Positions 55,609-56,702 of a stretch of 56,702 nucleotides of DNA are shown here, one piece after another. Under the pieces are notes generated by a model, which was given only the letters and a program-made list of their open reading frames with translations, ran no database searches and was not told where the DNA came from. The stretch is from the IMG/VR virus record IMGVR_UViG_3300049846_000236, positions 1 to 56,702 of that record; one strand, 5' to 3'. The position numbers and the translations under genes are program-made. The DNA is from a virus. Its lineage: Duplodnaviria > Caudoviricetes. Each line of letters opens with the position of its first letter. Within the stretch, counting starts at the first letter, position 1.

Positions 55609-55682
55609 GCCAGCGTAGTATAACGGTATTACACAAACTTGGTACGTTTGTGAAGGGAGTTCGACTCTCCCCGTTGGCTCCA
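55609..55682 (+). tRNA. tRNA-Thr(GGU) with encoded CCA
   Basis: Acceptor GCCAGCG/CGTTGGC-T-CCA; anticodon arm CAAAC-TTGGTAC-GTTTG; T arm GGGAG-TTCGACT-CTCCC. Confidence 0.93.
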
Positions 55683-55702
55683 TAAAATTTTGGAGGGATA
55701 TT

Positions 55703-56062
55703 GTGGAAGTAGTTGCTTTAGTTGTATCAGTAGCGTCCCTTATCCTCGTATTGCGTATTTTAAAGACTGAAAGAGATCACAACGTAGAGGTTGTGAGGGA
55801 ATTAAAGTCTCTCGACAAGAAACTGGATAACCAGGAGAGCACGGTCGGAAATCTGTCTAGTAGGCTTAGTCTGTTGCTTAGGATGCTCCGTCAGCACATG
55901 AAGGATGGGGAAATTTTGGTGCAGGTCGGTACAGCGAATGACAGGAAATTGATCAACGCTCTACAGGCTGCCGGAATTTATGTACAGTTCGACGAGTTCC
56001 CTCAGACAGAATTGGGTAGGTCTAAAGTTATTGCAGAAATGTTGCATGGAGAGGAGATCTAA
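55703..56062 (+). CDS. membrane-anchored coiled-coil hypothetical protein
   Basis: GGAGGG RBS, N-terminal TM segment, coiled coil. Confidence 0.65.
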   Translation: MEVVALVVSVASLILVLRILKTERDHNVEVVRELKSLDKKLDNQESTVGNLSSRLSLLLRMLRQHMKDGEILVQVGTANDRKLINALQAAGIYVQFDEFPQTELGRSKVIAEMLHGEEI

Positions 56063-56253
56063 TGGATAAGGTTTTCATCTTCAAAGACGTTGCCGGGGAA
56101 TACCGCTGGACACGCAAATCTGCCAATGGTAGAATCGTAGCAGACTCCTCAGAGGGCTACAACAACAAGGAAGATTGTGTTGATATGGCTTTAAGGATCA
56201 ACAAGGGCGCAGAGTTCTTTGTTGACGGCGTTTCGATTGCTAAGAGCCTGTGA
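56062..56253 (+). CDS. YegP/DUF1508-like protein
   Basis: FKDVAGEYRWTRKSANGRIVADSSEGYNNKEDC pattern. Confidence 0.75.
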   Translation: MDKVFIFKDVAGEYRWTRKSANGRIVADSSEGYNNKEDCVDMALRINKGAEFFVDGVSIAKSL

Positions 56254-56320
56254 ATTGGCTCCCGTCGATAGTTCTGGCTTCTGAGTTTTACATTGTATAC
56301 CTACAAGTGACAGGAAGGTT

Positions 56321-56686
56321 ATGAGAATTCTCATTACCGGCGGTCGTAACTGGACCGACAGGGAAACAATTATGCACGCATTACTAGAGGCCGCTCGTGG
56401 ACTTCATTGGGAAGATGTGACCGTAGTACATGGGGGCGCTCCTGGTGCAGACACAATTGCTGCTGAACTAGCGCATGGATTCGGTATGAATGTAGAAATA
56501 CACATGGCTAATTGGCAGGAATTTCATCGGGCAGCCGGTCCCATTCGCAATCAGGCGATGGTAGATGCTGGTGCCGATATCTGTCTGGCGTTTCTGATGC
56601 CCAATTCTAAGGGTACCGCCGACTGTGTTCATAGGGCTAAAAAGGCCGGAATCAAGGTTAGGGAGTATTACAGTGAACAAGTTTAG
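56321..56686 (+). CDS. SLOG superfamily (YspA/DUF2493-like) protein
   Basis: MRILITGGRNW, VVHGGAPGAD, AAGPIRNQAM and SKGTADC motifs. Confidence 0.85.
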   Translation: MRILITGGRNWTDRETIMHALLEAARGLHWEDVTVVHGGAPGADTIAAELAHGFGMNVEIHMANWQEFHRAAGPIRNQAMVDAGADICLAFLMPNSKGTADCVHRAKKAGIKVREYYSEQV

Positions 56687-56702
56687 GAAAAAGCCAGTAG
56701 TA
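56673..56702 (+). CDS. start of next phage gene (partial)
   Basis: GTG after AGGGAG; MNKFRKKPVV resembles a common phage protein N-terminus. Confidence 0.45.
   Translation, partial: MNKFRKKPVV

Noticed and set aside
55417-55683. 88-aa minus-strand ORF
   Set aside because: It is antisense to tRNA-Thr(GGU) and to a plus-strand ORF with a strong RBS.

Overview
This window is a 56.7 kb segment of a large lytic, siphovirus-like dsDNA phage. The host is most likely an actinobacterium, inferred from leaderless sigmaA-type promoters, an actinophage-type endolysin and a sortase substrate. Positions 1-51.8 kb are almost entirely on the minus strand. They carry a replication module (dnaE partial, gp32-like SSB, primase, DnaB with an apparent AUU start), small accessory genes, a complete tail module (with a -1 frameshifted tail assembly chaperone), a head-associated cassette with a 1845-aa PhoD-phosphatase/Thr-Ser-repeat protein, capsid, protease and portal genes, a LamG/CBM protein, an endolysin, class II RNR and a glycosyltransferase. 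From 51.9 kb transcription switches to the plus strand under consensus TTGACA-17-TAnnnT promoters, covering a secreted lysozyme-like protein, an LPXTG surface protein and an RNA operon. The main finding is in that operon: a phage-encoded RNase P RNA (about 54172-54397, about 226 nt). It has an intact type-A catalytic domain but a severely reduced specificity domain. It lies downstream of two CCA-less tRNA-Thr genes and an aberrant tRNA-like RNA with an expanded anticodon arm. All three recognisable tRNAs in the window are Thr isoacceptors. All calls come from reading the sequence by eye; no database searches were run.
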